64,000 nt of DNA from NCBI GenBank assembly GCA_050174775.1, contig JBFXJP010000005.1, positions 146,135-210,134 on the forward strand, given 5' to 3'. The notes below the pieces were generated by a model. The model saw nothing but the letters and a program-made list of their open reading frames with translations. It had not been told where the DNA came from and searched no databases. The translations under genes and the position numbers were made by a program. Below, one piece after another: positions 1 to 10,672 of the stretch. This DNA is from Phycisphaerales bacterium (GTDB lineage Bacteria > Planctomycetota > Phycisphaerae > Phycisphaerales > UBA1924). Each line of letters opens with the position of its first letter. Within the stretch, counting starts at the first letter, position 1.

Positions 1-279
1 CGTTCGGGAGCGCGTGCTGACAAATCGTCCCTGAGAGCGCCTCAGCATCGATCGCGCGCGGGATTTTTACATTCTGTTCGCAGGATGAAACGCGAACGTG
101 CGCGCCCGCGCGCCGCGTGCGCACGCGCACACACGCAAAAACGGTTGAACCGCGCGCCGGGATTTCGCACAATGGGCGCGCCGCCGCAACGGGCGGCGGT
201 GGTCGACGGCGGCCGAGGTGTATGGGTCGGCGCCGGCTTGTGAGCATCAAACACGTCACAAGCAAATGGGAGGAAACAC

Positions 280-903
280 GTGAGACCAATGCTGTACGGA
301 AGCGCCGTCGCGGCGTCGCTGTTCTGCCTCGCAGGGGCCGCGTCCGCGGACAACATCCTGGGCAACCTGCCCGCCGCGAACAACAACACGCAGAGCGCCG
401 GCCTCAACGCGTCACGCATCAAAGCGATGTCGTTCCTGATGCCGGGCGGCCCGGGCTACACCCTCGACTCCGTCGAGCTGATCCTCAGCAACTACGACCC
501 GGGCGAGATGGTCACGCTCCAGATCCGCGATGACGGCGGCGGTGCGCCGGGCGGCAACATCCTCGCCACCTTCAACAACCCCGCCACCGTCGGCGGCACG
601 GACGTGCTCTACACGTTCCTGCCCAGCGCCTCGTTCACCTTCATGGCGAACACCACCTACTGGCTCTACGTCGCCGGCGACGCCAACTCCACCTTCGACT
701 GGGAGGCCGCGAGCCCCGGCCAGGCCCCCACGGGCATCGCCACCTTCGGCCTGAATCTCTTCACGACCAACGGCGGCACGTCATGGACCAACTCGTCCAT
801 CACGAACAACTTCCAGATCAACGGCACCGTCGTGCCCGCGCCAGGCGCCGCGCTCGCCCTCATGGGTGGTCTCGGCCTCGCCGGCACGCGCCGCCGTCGC
901 TGA
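280..903 (+). CDS. Secreted protein with PEP-CTERM-like C-terminal sorting signal
   Basis: GTG start 6 nt after a GGGAGGA SD. Signal peptide MRPMLYGSAVAASLFCLAGAASA. C-terminus VPAPGAALALMGGLGLAGTRRRR gives a P-x-P motif, a hydrophobic helix and an Arg cluster. Confidence 0.75.
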   Translation: MRPMLYGSAVAASLFCLAGAASADNILGNLPAANNNTQSAGLNASRIKAMSFLMPGGPGYTLDSVELILSNYDPGEMVTLQIRDDGGGAPGGNILATFNNPATVGGTDVLYTFLPSASFTFMANTTYWLYVAGDANSTFDWEAASPGQAPTGIATFGLNLFTTNGGTSWTNSSITNNFQINGTVVPAPGAALALMGGLGLAGTRRRR

Positions 904-988
904 TCACCACACCCGCAGGGTCCGGGGCCGGGGGCAGGAGGAAGATGAACCGGGCCGAGACGTCCACCAGGGCGTCTCGGCCTTTCTC

Positions 989-2392
989 ATGACGAGCGAA
1001 CACCGTTCGGGGTTTGGGGGGCGTGCCACGCCCTCGGGCACTATCATCGTGCCCTCCACCCCGCGATCCGCGCGGGGAGAGAGCCGAAAGGAACCCGCCT
1101 TGCCCTTCACGCTCAAGCCGGACGACGCCTTCACGGTCGACGCGGACAGCCCCGCCGAGTACCTGCGCGAGCACATCGACACCGGCGACCGCTGGGTCCT
1201 CAACTTCGGCCCCCAGCACCCCGCAACCCACACCACCCTGCGCCTCGTCATGGAGCTCGACGGCGAGCGCGTCGCCCGCGTCACGCCCCACATCGGCTAC
1301 CTCCACTCCGGCTTCGAAAAGCTCGCCGAGCACCTCGACTACAACCAGTACGTCACCATCGTCTCCCGCATGAACTACCTCTCCCCGGTGTCCAACGACA
1401 TCTGCTGGCACCACGCGGTCGAGAAGGTCTTCGGCATCGACATCACCCCGCGCTGCAAGGTCCTCCGCACCATCATGGCCGAGCTCGGCCGCATCCAGGA
1501 CCACCTCCTCTGCGTCGGCGCCGCCGCGCTCGACCTGGGCGCCTTCACCGGCTTCCTCTACGCCTTCAACCCGCGCGAGAAGATCTACGACCTCTGCGAC
1601 TACATCTCCGGGCAGCGCTTCCACCCCGACTGGACCCGCGTCGGCGGGCTCATGCAGGACCTGCCCGACGAGGAAACCTTCAAGCGCATGATCAAGTCGT
1701 TCCTCCGGGACGACCTCTCCGTCGCGCTCGTCGACCTCGAAAAACTCGTCCTCCGCAACCGCATCTTCATGGACCGCACGCAAGGCATCGGCTACATCAG
1801 CGAGGCCGACGCCATCGGCTGGTCCCTCTCCGGACCCGTCGCGCGCGCCTCGGGCGTCCGCCGCGATCTGCGCAAGGATGAGCCCTACCTCTGCTACGCC
1901 GACAACTGGGACGGCCAAGGCGCCCCCGCCGTCCAGTTCAAGGTCGCGCTCCACACCGACGGCGACGTCTACGCACGCTTCCAGGTGCGCATCGAAGAAA
2001 TCCGCCAGGCGATGGGCATCATCGAGCAGCTCATCGACAACATCCCGCAAGGCCCCGTCAACACCTTCGCGGACGGCAAGCTCGCCAAGCCCGCCAAGAA
2101 GGACGTCTACGGCTCCATCGAAGGCCTCATCGCGCACTTCGAACTCATCATGACCAACCGCGGCTGGCAAGCCCCCATCGCGGAGGGCTACGGCGCCAAC
2201 GAGACCGCCAACGGCGAACTGGGCTACTACGTCGTGAGCGACGGCGGCCCGCGCCCCTGGCGCGTCAAGACCCGCCCGCCCTCCTTCATCAACTTCGCGG
2301 TCATGGCCAAGATGCTCGAGGGGCACATGCTCGCCGACGCCGTGGCCGTGCTCGGCTCGCTCAACATCGTGGCCGCCGAACTCGACCGCTGA
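989..2392 (+). CDS. nuoD: NADH-quinone oxidoreductase subunit D
   Basis: Hallmark LNFGPQHPATHTTLRLVMELDGERV and conserved C-terminus LGSLNIVAAELDR. Start placed at the internal ATG 989, because the upstream part of ORF 866 overlaps the previous gene. The N-terminal ~70 aa extension is of uncertain reality. Confidence 0.9.
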   Translation: MTSEHRSGFGGRATPSGTIIVPSTPRSARGESRKEPALPFTLKPDDAFTVDADSPAEYLREHIDTGDRWVLNFGPQHPATHTTLRLVMELDGERVARVTPHIGYLHSGFEKLAEHLDYNQYVTIVSRMNYLSPVSNDICWHHAVEKVFGIDITPRCKVLRTIMAELGRIQDHLLCVGAAALDLGAFTGFLYAFNPREKIYDLCDYISGQRFHPDWTRVGGLMQDLPDEETFKRMIKSFLRDDLSVALVDLEKLVLRNRIFMDRTQGIGYISEADAIGWSLSGPVARASGVRRDLRKDEPYLCYADNWDGQGAPAVQFKVALHTDGDVYARFQVRIEEIRQAMGIIEQLIDNIPQGPVNTFADGKLAKPAKKDVYGSIEGLIAHFELIMTNRGWQAPIAEGYGANETANGELGYYVVSDGGPRPWRVKTRPPSFINFAVMAKMLEGHMLADAVAVLGSLNIVAAELDR

Positions 2393-2408
2393 CCCCCGAG
2401 GGAGCGCG

Positions 2409-2933
2409 ATGATCGAATCCCTGCGGACCGCGATCGAGCCGCTGGAGCGCACCCCGCGCGTGCTGCGCGAGATGCTGGGCGGCATCGACGACACGTGGGC
2501 GCGCTCCAACTACGGCCCCGACACCTTCAGCCCCTTCGACGTCGTCGGCCACCTCCTGCACGCCGACCGGGTCAACTGGCTCGCGCGCGCCAGACACATC
2601 CTCGCGCGCGACACAAGGCCCTTCGAGCCCTTCGACCGCTACGCGATGTACGAGACGGACAAGAACAAGTCGATGGAGACGCTCCTCGAGGAGTTCGCGC
2701 GCACGCGCCGCGAGAGCCTCGACACGCTCGCCGCGCTCAACATCACCCCCGAGCACTTCACCCTCCCCGCCACCCACCCCGACCTCGGCCCCGTCAACCT
2801 CGGACAGCTCCTCTCCACCTGGGTCGTCCACGACCTCCACCACACCGCGCAGATCACCAAGGCCATGGCCTTCCAATTGAAGAACGACGTCGGCCCCTGG
2901 CGGCAATACCTCGCCATCCTGCAGAAGACCTAA
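2409..2933 (+). CDS. DinB-family (DinB_2-like) metal-dependent protein
   Basis: ATG preceded by GAGGGAG. Spaced His motifs VVGHLLHADRVNW and VVHDLHHTAQI, typical of a DinB four-helix bundle. Size 174 aa. Confidence 0.8.
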   Translation: MIESLRTAIEPLERTPRVLREMLGGIDDTWARSNYGPDTFSPFDVVGHLLHADRVNWLARARHILARDTRPFEPFDRYAMYETDKNKSMETLLEEFARTRRESLDTLAALNITPEHFTLPATHPDLGPVNLGQLLSTWVVHDLHHTAQITKAMAFQLKNDVGPWRQYLAILQKT

Positions 2934-2973
2934 ACCCTCGGCGGCAATCGCGATTCAGCGGTACGCTTCAGAC

Positions 2974-3702
2974 ATGGGCGTCGAGTCGGGTTTCAACTTC
3001 GGGGCGTGCTTCGCGGCGTTCTGCGTGAGCAGCACTGCAACGTTTGCCGCGCCTCCCGTCCCCTTCCCCAACCCCGTCATCATGGAGGCCATGTTCGCCG
3101 TCCCCGCGGACGAGGCGTTCGACCCCAACAAGGACGGCGTGCGCGACGCCACCGCCGACGAGTTCGTCGAGATCATGAACCCGCACGCCAAGCCCATCGA
3201 CCTGGCCGGGTTCGTCATCGCCGACAAGACCGGGCTCGAGAAGCCCGGGGACAAGCGCGGCGTGCGCTTCGTCTTCCCCGCCGTCTCGCTCGCGCCCGGC
3301 GCCGTCGCCGTCGTCTTCAACGGCGCCGCGACCGGCAAAGCCATCCCCGGCGAAGTCGGCACGAGCGCCAAGCCCGCGGGCCCCAACCCTCAGTTCAGCG
3401 GCGCGCTCGTCTTCAGCATGGAGAACTCCGCGCCCTCCCGCGCGTTCGCAAACTCAGCAGACCTCATCGCGCTCCTCGACCCCAAAGGCGCCGTGATCGA
3501 CGTCGTCACCTGGGGCCGCAACGCGCCCCAGCCGCCCAAAGGCGCGCTCCGCATCGCCACCGTCCGCGCGGTCTCCACCGGCTCGGTGCAGCGGACCGCG
3601 CCCGATGGCGACCTGCGCCCGCACGCCGAGATCGACGGCAACCCCTGCTCCCCCGGAGCGATCCCGCAGCAGGGCGGCCAACCCGGGGGCCCGCCCCGCT
3701 AG
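2974..3702 (+). CDS. Secreted lamin-tail-domain (LTD) protein
   Basis: Hydrophobic N-terminus. LTD-like core ADEFVEIMNPHAKPIDLAGFVIADKTG ... VVFNG ... DLIALLDPKGAVIDVVTWG. Confidence 0.65.
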   Translation: MGVESGFNFGACFAAFCVSSTATFAAPPVPFPNPVIMEAMFAVPADEAFDPNKDGVRDATADEFVEIMNPHAKPIDLAGFVIADKTGLEKPGDKRGVRFVFPAVSLAPGAVAVVFNGAATGKAIPGEVGTSAKPAGPNPQFSGALVFSMENSAPSRAFANSADLIALLDPKGAVIDVVTWGRNAPQPPKGALRIATVRAVSTGSVQRTAPDGDLRPHAEIDGNPCSPGAIPQQGGQPGGPPR

Positions 3703-3751
3703 GGCGCCGTACACTGCCGTTTTCCCGACTTCCTTACGCGAGAAACGAGCA

Positions 3752-4294
3752 ATGTCCTGGATCACGAAGCCCTCCGCGACCACGACGATCCCAAGGCGGG
3801 ACGAGCCCTACCTCACCAGCGCCATGCGCGAGGAGCTCACCAGCAAGATCCTGCCGCGCTACGCCACCAAGCAGGGCGGCACACTCTCCGCGCTGCACAT
3901 GATCCAGGAGGCGTACCACTGGATCCCCCCCCAGGCCCTCGAAGAGGTCGCGCAGTTTCTCTCCCTCACGCCGGCCGAAGTCCTCGACACCGCATCCTTC
4001 TATGAGGAGTACTGGCTCAAGCCCCGCGGCACGCACGTCATCGCCGTCTGCCGATCCATCGCCTGCGAGTTCTGCAACCACAAAGCCATCACCGACGCGT
4101 GCAAAGCCAAGCTCGGCATCGAGCTCGGCGAGACCACCGACGACGGCAAGTTCACGCTCGTCGAGCTCGAGTGTCTCGGCTCGTGCGGCTCGGCCCCCGT
4201 CGCGCTCATCGACCACACCCTCCACGAGAACCTCACGCCCGACCAGATGCCCCGTCTCATCGACGACGCCGAGCGCTCCGGCGGGCATCACTGA
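3752..4294 (+). CDS. nuoE: NADH-quinone oxidoreductase subunit E (24 kDa, 2Fe-2S)
   Basis: CRSIACEFC ... ECLGSCGSAPV cysteine pattern and SALHMIQEAYHWIP motif. Internal ATG 3752 chosen because the upstream part of ORF 3605 is Arg/Pro shadow-like. Confidence 0.9.
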   Translation: MSWITKPSATTTIPRRDEPYLTSAMREELTSKILPRYATKQGGTLSALHMIQEAYHWIPPQALEEVAQFLSLTPAEVLDTASFYEEYWLKPRGTHVIAVCRSIACEFCNHKAITDACKAKLGIELGETTDDGKFTLVELECLGSCGSAPVALIDHTLHENLTPDQMPRLIDDAERSGGHH

Positions 4295-4303
4295 GAAAAA
4301 AAT

Positions 4304-4522
4304 ATGGGCGGCGGCGCGCACAAATCGCTCTGGCGGTCCCTCGGGGAATTCGTCGCCCATATCACGCACGCGGTGCGCACCGACCCCGCAACAACACGCT
4401 CTCGGCCAAAAGTTGAGGAAACGCAAAAACGCACGCCGCAGGGCACGGTGACGCTTCGACGCACCACGATCGAGGAGATCGAGATCACCCCGAATCAGCG
4501 CACGGGGGACGGCAATGCATAG
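4304..4522 (+). CDS. Small hypothetical protein (72 aa)
   Basis: ATG start. Composition is not shadow-like (K/E/T/I present). Its stop overlaps the next gene's ATG by 8 nt. No recognisable domain. Confidence 0.35.
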   Translation: MGGGAHKSLWRSLGEFVAHITHAVRTDPATTRSRPKVEETQKRTPQGTVTLRRTTIEEIEITPNQRTGDGNA

Positions 4523-5252
4523 CGACGTGCGCGCGCCCTCGTGGCTGCCCCGACCCTTCCGCCCCGCCCCAAGCGTGCTCCGAGAGGCCCGCGCCTTCAC
4601 GCGCCAACGCTTCGGCGCGCGCCTGGAAGAGGCGTTGGAGCTGCCCGGCTGGCTCCATCCCGATCAGGCCGCGATGCTCTGCTGGTGCGCGTCCAAGGCG
4701 CCGCAGGGCCCGCTCATCGAGCTCGGCTCCTTCAAAGGCAAGAGCGCGGTCTTCATCGCCGCCGGCATGCGCGAGGGCTCGACCCTGCACGCCGTCGACC
4801 CGCACACGCTTCCCCTCTTCGGCTCGCGCGATGATCTCGCCGGCGCCGGGCGCAGCGAGCAGGAGGCCGACGCGGGCCATTCCTGGCCTGTGTTTCTCGA
4901 CACAATCGAGAAGTGGGGCCTGAAGGGCAAGGTGGTTCCCGAGCGCGAGATGAGCCACGACTTCCGGGCGCACTGGAGCGAGCCCGCGTCGTTCATCTGG
5001 ATCGACGCGGACCACACCTACGGCGCCGTGAAGAAGGACATCGAGGACTGGGCCGACATGGTGAAGCCCGGCGGATACCTCGGCTTTCACGACACGCACG
5101 AGCGGCGCGGCCCCGACCCGCACCAGAAGCATCTGCCCGGGGGCGAGCGCAACGTCTACGACGCGATCGTCGACTCGGGGCTCCCGGAAAAGCGGGGGTT
5201 CGAGACGACGCTCCGTCTGCGGAACGCCTGGTTTATGCGGCGAAACGGGTGA
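4515..5252 (+). CDS. Class I SAM-dependent methyltransferase (Methyltransf_24-like)
   Basis: LIELGSFKGKSAVFIAAG (motif I-like) and IWIDADHTYGAVKKDIEDW. Start uncertain. Confidence 0.7.
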   Translation: MHSDVRAPSWLPRPFRPAPSVLREARAFTRQRFGARLEEALELPGWLHPDQAAMLCWCASKAPQGPLIELGSFKGKSAVFIAAGMREGSTLHAVDPHTLPLFGSRDDLAGAGRSEQEADAGHSWPVFLDTIEKWGLKGKVVPEREMSHDFRAHWSEPASFIWIDADHTYGAVKKDIEDWADMVKPGGYLGFHDTHERRGPDPHQKHLPGGERNVYDAIVDSGLPEKRGFETTLRLRNAWFMRRNG

Positions 5253-5323
5253 GCGGGCGGACGCGCACGGGCGCCGTAGAATCGGGGCCCGTTGCAGGAT
5301 CGAACGACTGAGGGAGCCTTCGC

Positions 5324-6718
<1,395 letters not shown>

Positions 6719-6721
6719 CGC

Positions 6722-7315
6722 GTGGCGCGCTGTGCCTGGTCCGAGTCATCCGAGCAGATGCGCATCTACCACGATGAGGAATGGGGGAGGCCGGTGCGCG
6801 ATGATCGCGTGCTGTTCGAGTTCCTGATCCTCGAGGGCGCGCAGGCGGGGCTGTCGTGGTCGACGATCCTGAAGAAGCGCGAGGCGTACCGCGAGGCGTT
6901 CGCCGAGTTCGATCCCGAGAAGGTGGCGCGCTTCACGGACGCTCGGCTCGAGCGCTTGCTACAGAACGAGGGGATCGTCAGGAATCGGCTCAAAGTCTTC
7001 GGCGCCCGGACGAACGCTCGCGCATTTCTGAGGGTGCAGGAGGAGTGTGGATCGTTCGCGGAGCTTGTGTGGGGGTTTGCGCCCACGGAAGTGAGGCGTG
7101 CGCCGCGGACTCTTCAGGACATCCCGTCGAAGACTGCGGAGTCGGACGCGATGTCGAAGGCGCTCAAGAAGTGCGGGTTCACGTTTGTGGGGTCGACGAT
7201 CTGCTACGCGTTCATGCAGGCCGTGGGGATCGTGAATGATCACGTGGAGGGGTGTGAGGCGGGGTCTGGGATCAGGGCGGGGAGTGGGGGGAGTATGAAG
7301 AAGCCGCGGCGCTGA
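6722..7315 (+). CDS. tag: DNA-3-methyladenine glycosylase I
   Basis: N-terminal RCAW...YHDEEWGRPVRDDRVLFEFLILEGAQAGLSWSTIL is typical of Tag. GTG start 4 nt after the nuoF stop. Confidence 0.9.
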   Translation: MARCAWSESSEQMRIYHDEEWGRPVRDDRVLFEFLILEGAQAGLSWSTILKKREAYREAFAEFDPEKVARFTDARLERLLQNEGIVRNRLKVFGARTNARAFLRVQEECGSFAELVWGFAPTEVRRAPRTLQDIPSKTAESDAMSKALKKCGFTFVGSTICYAFMQAVGIVNDHVEGCEAGSGIRAGSGGSMKKPRR

Positions 7316-7423
7316 TGAAAAAAGCGTCGTGGGCGCTTGCTTCGGCCTGGTTATGGGGGAGGAGTGTTATAGGTTGTTGGTGATGCGGGCCGCGCGGACG
7401 TGCGGCCTCCTGGGAGGAAACAC

Positions 7424-8113
7424 ATGTTCAGAGCATTTCGTGCTGTTGTGCCGGCGATGATCGGCGTTTGGCTGGGTGGCGCATCGAGCGCTTCGCTGGT
7501 GGTGTTCTCGAACGCTGGCGGCGAGTTTGCCTGGTCGGGCTCGCAGGCGATCCCGTTCGATCCGTTCTTTATTCGGGGCCAGGGGCTGGACGTGACACTC
7601 CCGCCGTCGCAGAGCGGCGGCGCGACTTCGCTCTCGACGCTGTACGTGTGGGGGAACCCCGTCACGTCGACGGAGCTGGTGGCGACTACGTTCGAGCGCG
7701 AGGGCGCGAACGTGCGCGTGGCGCAGGGTTCGACGGTGAACGTGATGGCCGGGGGCGGGCAGGCGGACTTCACGCTGGCGCGCGTCTTCGACGTCGGCGA
7801 GTCGGTCGGGGCGAGCGAGACGTGGGTCAGCTCAACGACCGCGGGGTTCTATTCGTTCACCACGGGGGACGTTCCTCTGCTCGGAACCTCGGCGTACGTG
7901 GGCGTGGAGCTGTCGATCGCGGGGCTGACGCACTACGGATGGATTCATCTGCTGTGGGACCCGACGGTCATCAGCGGCCGCAGCCAGTATCGCGCGACGA
8001 CGTGGGCGTACGAAACGGACGCGGGGATGCCGGCGCGCGTGATCCCGGCGCCGGGGGCGGCCGGGCTTCTCGCGTGTAGTTGCATCATGGCCCTGCGTCA
8101 GCGTCGGCGCTGA
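7424..8113 (+). CDS. Secreted protein with PEP-CTERM-like anchor
   Basis: ATG preceded by TGGGAGGAAACAC, identical to the leader of the gene at 280. Signal peptide present. C-terminus IPAPGAAGLLACSCIMALRQRRR. Confidence 0.7.
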   Translation: MFRAFRAVVPAMIGVWLGGASSASLVVFSNAGGEFAWSGSQAIPFDPFFIRGQGLDVTLPPSQSGGATSLSTLYVWGNPVTSTELVATTFEREGANVRVAQGSTVNVMAGGGQADFTLARVFDVGESVGASETWVSSTTAGFYSFTTGDVPLLGTSAYVGVELSIAGLTHYGWIHLLWDPTVISGRSQYRATTWAYETDAGMPARVIPAPGAAGLLACSCIMALRQRRR

Positions 8114-8144
8114 CCGCTCGGACGGCAGAGATCGAGGAGGGGTG

Positions 8145-8182
8145 CACGACACGGCTGGGAAGGGCCGTGTCGTGTTTGTTTG
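8145..8182 (+). terminator. Rho-independent terminator
   Basis: 11-bp stem CACGACACGGC/GCCGTGTCGTG (8145-8155 and 8164-8174) followed by TTTGTTTG. Confidence 0.6.
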
Positions 8183-8366
8183 CACGTTGTCCGTATGGCG
8201 CCGAGGATGTTTGCAGGATGGTTGGGGCGATTGTGAAGATTATGAAGAATTGTCTTTGCGCAAGGATCGGTCGGGGTTAGGTTGCGGGGAGTGAAGAAGG
8301 GGGCGGGGATGGTGGCCGCGACCCAGACGCCGCGGGTGAGTGAGACCAATTCGAAGGAGCGGTGTC

Positions 8367-9005
8367 ATGGCTCGGCAGAGTGTTGTCGCGTTGGCGTCGG
8401 TGTTGTGTGTTTCGTGCGCGTGGGCGGGGCCGATCACGATCACGTCGCGGACGGGGATGGTGAGCGGTTCGGTGATGGACCTGAGCGGGCCCGGGTCGTT
8501 TTTGGGAACGGCGCCGGCTGGCATCGGCGATTTCGTGCTGCACGGCGACGACCTGACGCCGTCCACGCTGAGCAGCGTGGCGGCGGACCTTTCGACGATG
8601 TTCACGATGGACAAGATCGCGGCGTTGGGCGGGGGCGAATCGTTCTCGCTCGTGCCGGTCGGCGGGTACGACGCGGCGGCGAAGGCGGAACTGCACGTGT
8701 TCTTCGACCTGACGACGGACGCGACGATCTCGTGGGACTTCTTCACGGTGTTCCTCGCGCCGACGGCGACGATCGACATCGAACTGAAGGAGGTCGGCGG
8801 CTCGGCCATCGCCACGGGGATACACACGCTGAGCGCGGGCTCGTACGAGCTTCATGCGACGGCGATGTTCGACGCGACGGGGCTGCCGCCCGGCGTGGTG
8901 TTCTCGGCGCATTACGGGCTGGAGTTCCTGGTGATCCCGCTGCCGCAGCCGGCGCTCCTTGCGTGCGCCGGACTGGGGCTGGTTGGGCTGCGGCGGAAGC
9001 GCTGA
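8367..9005 (+). CDS. Secreted protein with PEP-CTERM-like anchor
   Basis: ATG 8367 after a GAAGGAG SD. Signal peptide MARQSVVALASVLCVSCAWA. C-terminus IPLPQPALLACAGLGLVGLRRKR. Confidence 0.7.
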   Translation: MARQSVVALASVLCVSCAWAGPITITSRTGMVSGSVMDLSGPGSFLGTAPAGIGDFVLHGDDLTPSTLSSVAADLSTMFTMDKIAALGGGESFSLVPVGGYDAAAKAELHVFFDLTTDATISWDFFTVFLAPTATIDIELKEVGGSAIATGIHTLSAGSYELHATAMFDATGLPPGVVFSAHYGLEFLVIPLPQPALLACAGLGLVGLRRKR

Positions 9006-9027
9006 GACGAGGGCTCGTCCGGAAGGC

Positions 9028-9570
9028 TTATTCCGTCACGCCGAGGTCGCGCTTGGTGAAGAGCGCCTCGAAGCGGACGCCCGCTTTTTCCATGTTCTCG
9101 CGCGCGCCCTCGAGCCGATCGATGGTGGCGATGACGCCCAGGACGTTGGCGCCCTCCTCGCGCAGTGACTGCACGGCCTCGAGGGCCTGGCCCCCGGTGG
9201 TGGCCACGTCCTCGAGGAAGATGAGCGTGTCGCCCTTGTTCAGCTCGCCTTCGATCTGCTTGGCGGTGCCGTAGTCCTTCTTCTTGTTGCGGACGAAGAT
9301 GCAGGGAAGGCCGGTCTGCATGGCGGCGGCGGTGACGAGGGGGATGCCGCCGAGCTCGGCGCCGGCGAGCCGCTGGACAGGGCCGAGATCATCGGTCCAG
9401 GCGTCGATGCGTTGGGCGAAGAGTTTGGCCAGCTCTCGGAGAACCTCGGGTCGTGTGGAGAAGCGGTACTTGTCGAGGTAGTAGGAGGACGTTCGTCCGG
9501 AGCGGAGGGTAAAGGTTCCGCGGAGGAGGGAGGCGTCCGCGATGCGTTGGGCCAGTTCTTCTCGGGTCAT
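9028..9570 (-). CDS. pyrE: Orotate phosphoribosyltransferase
   Basis: FTLRSGRTSSYYLDKYRF and PRPP-binding LIFLEDVATTGGQ. Start at internal ATG (MTREEL), giving 180 aa. Confidence 0.9.
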   Translation of the reverse strand: MTREELAQRIADASLLRGTFTLRSGRTSSYYLDKYRFSTRPEVLRELAKLFAQRIDAWTDDLGPVQRLAGAELGGIPLVTAAAMQTGLPCIFVRNKKKDYGTAKQIEGELNKGDTLIFLEDVATTGGQALEAVQSLREEGANVLGVIATIDRLEGARENMEKAGVRFEALFTKRDLGVTE

Positions 9571-9656
9571 GGGCGGAGCGTAGCGTTCGTGCAAGGGAAG
9601 GGCGGAAGCGGCGTTGGGCTGGGCGGAAGGACCGTGGGGGCAAGGAGCGTGCGAAG

Positions 9657-10550
9657 ATGCGTTGGCTGATCCTGACGGCGTGTGCGGGGTTGTGTGCGGG
9701 AGGGTTGGGCGTGGCGCAGGAGTCTCCGGCGCTTCCAGCGCAGGGCGCGCAGCCGCCGGGCCGCACGCCGGAGGAAGTGTTTCCGCAGAGCGATCACGAC
9801 TTGTTGCGCGGGCCCGGGGTGGAGTTGCTGGAGGGGCTGACGCTCGTGCGTCGGGATGCGGAGGGGCGGCTGCTGCGTCCGGATGCGACGGTGGAGGAGG
9901 CCGCGGTGGATCTGTTGCGGGGGATGTTGGATGAGGAGGCACGTCGGAGGGTGGACGAGGTGCTGGCGGCGCGGTCGGGGGAGTGGGACGCGTTTTTCCG
10001 GGAGCACGTGAAGGAGATCATTCAGTTGCAGAGCGATCTCGCGGCTGGGCCGCAGGGGCGCGCGAGCGCGCTGGAGACGCTGCGGGAGCTCTCGAAGGAG
10101 GCGCCGTCGCTGGAGGATCACCGGGTGTTCCGGGACGAGCTGGCGGGTGCGCTGCCTGCGGAGGCACGCGCGAAGTTCGAGGAGATCACAAGGGAATACC
10201 GGGAGGCGCTGCTGGAAGAGGTTCGGGGGGAGGCGGAGAAGCGCGGCGTACCGCTGCGCAGGGCGGTGCAGGAGGAGATGGTGAGGGCCTTCGGGGGGGA
10301 GGTGCGCCGGGCGTATGAGCGGGAGACGACCCTGGGCAAGGAGCGCCTGGAAGAGACGATCGCGGCGCTCAACCTGACTCCGGAGCAGGAGCCCAGGGTC
10401 CGCAATGCGATCCAGACGTTCGGGCAGAAGCAGCGCCTGGGCACGGCGTCCGCAGCCGACCGGCGCGAACTGTTCCGCACATTGGCCGGGGTGCTGAATG
10501 AGGAGCAGTTGCGGACGCTGCTGAACCTCGTGCGCGGGCGGAAGGGCTGA
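9657..10550 (+). CDS. Secreted helical protein, function unknown
   Basis: Signal peptide MRWLILTACAGLCAGGLGVAQ. Arg/Glu/Leu-rich helical body with one LTPEQ motif. No confident family. Confidence 0.55.
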   Translation: MRWLILTACAGLCAGGLGVAQESPALPAQGAQPPGRTPEEVFPQSDHDLLRGPGVELLEGLTLVRRDAEGRLLRPDATVEEAAVDLLRGMLDEEARRRVDEVLAARSGEWDAFFREHVKEIIQLQSDLAAGPQGRASALETLRELSKEAPSLEDHRVFRDELAGALPAEARAKFEEITREYREALLEEVRGEAEKRGVPLRRAVQEEMVRAFGGEVRRAYERETTLGKERLEETIAALNLTPEQEPRVRNAIQTFGQKQRLGTASAADRRELFRTLAGVLNEEQLRTLLNLVRGRKG

Positions 10551-10672
10551 GTTCGGCGCGTGATCGGGTTGCGCGGCGAGGCGCGGATGCGCTACACTGC
10601 GCGCGAGCGACGTGAGCCGGGTTGCGCTACGATGCGCGCCTGGGTACGTTGATCGTCGAGGAGCGGTGACCG

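Noticed and set aside
866-988. Possible NuoC-NuoD fusion or longer NuoD N-terminus
   Set aside because: The extra residues are too few for a NuoC domain, show no NuoC motifs and overlap the upstream gene end.
860-2509. 549-aa minus-strand ORF covering nuoD
   Set aside because: Its Arg/Gly/Asp/Val/Ala-dominated low-complexity translation is typical of an antisense frame in GC-rich DNA. The plus strand carries an unmistakable NuoD.
9571-9942. 124-aa N-terminal extension of the pyrE ORF
   Set aside because: It is Pro/Ala/Ser/His-rich and overlaps the divergent secreted-protein gene. PyrE homologues start at the MTREEL-type position.
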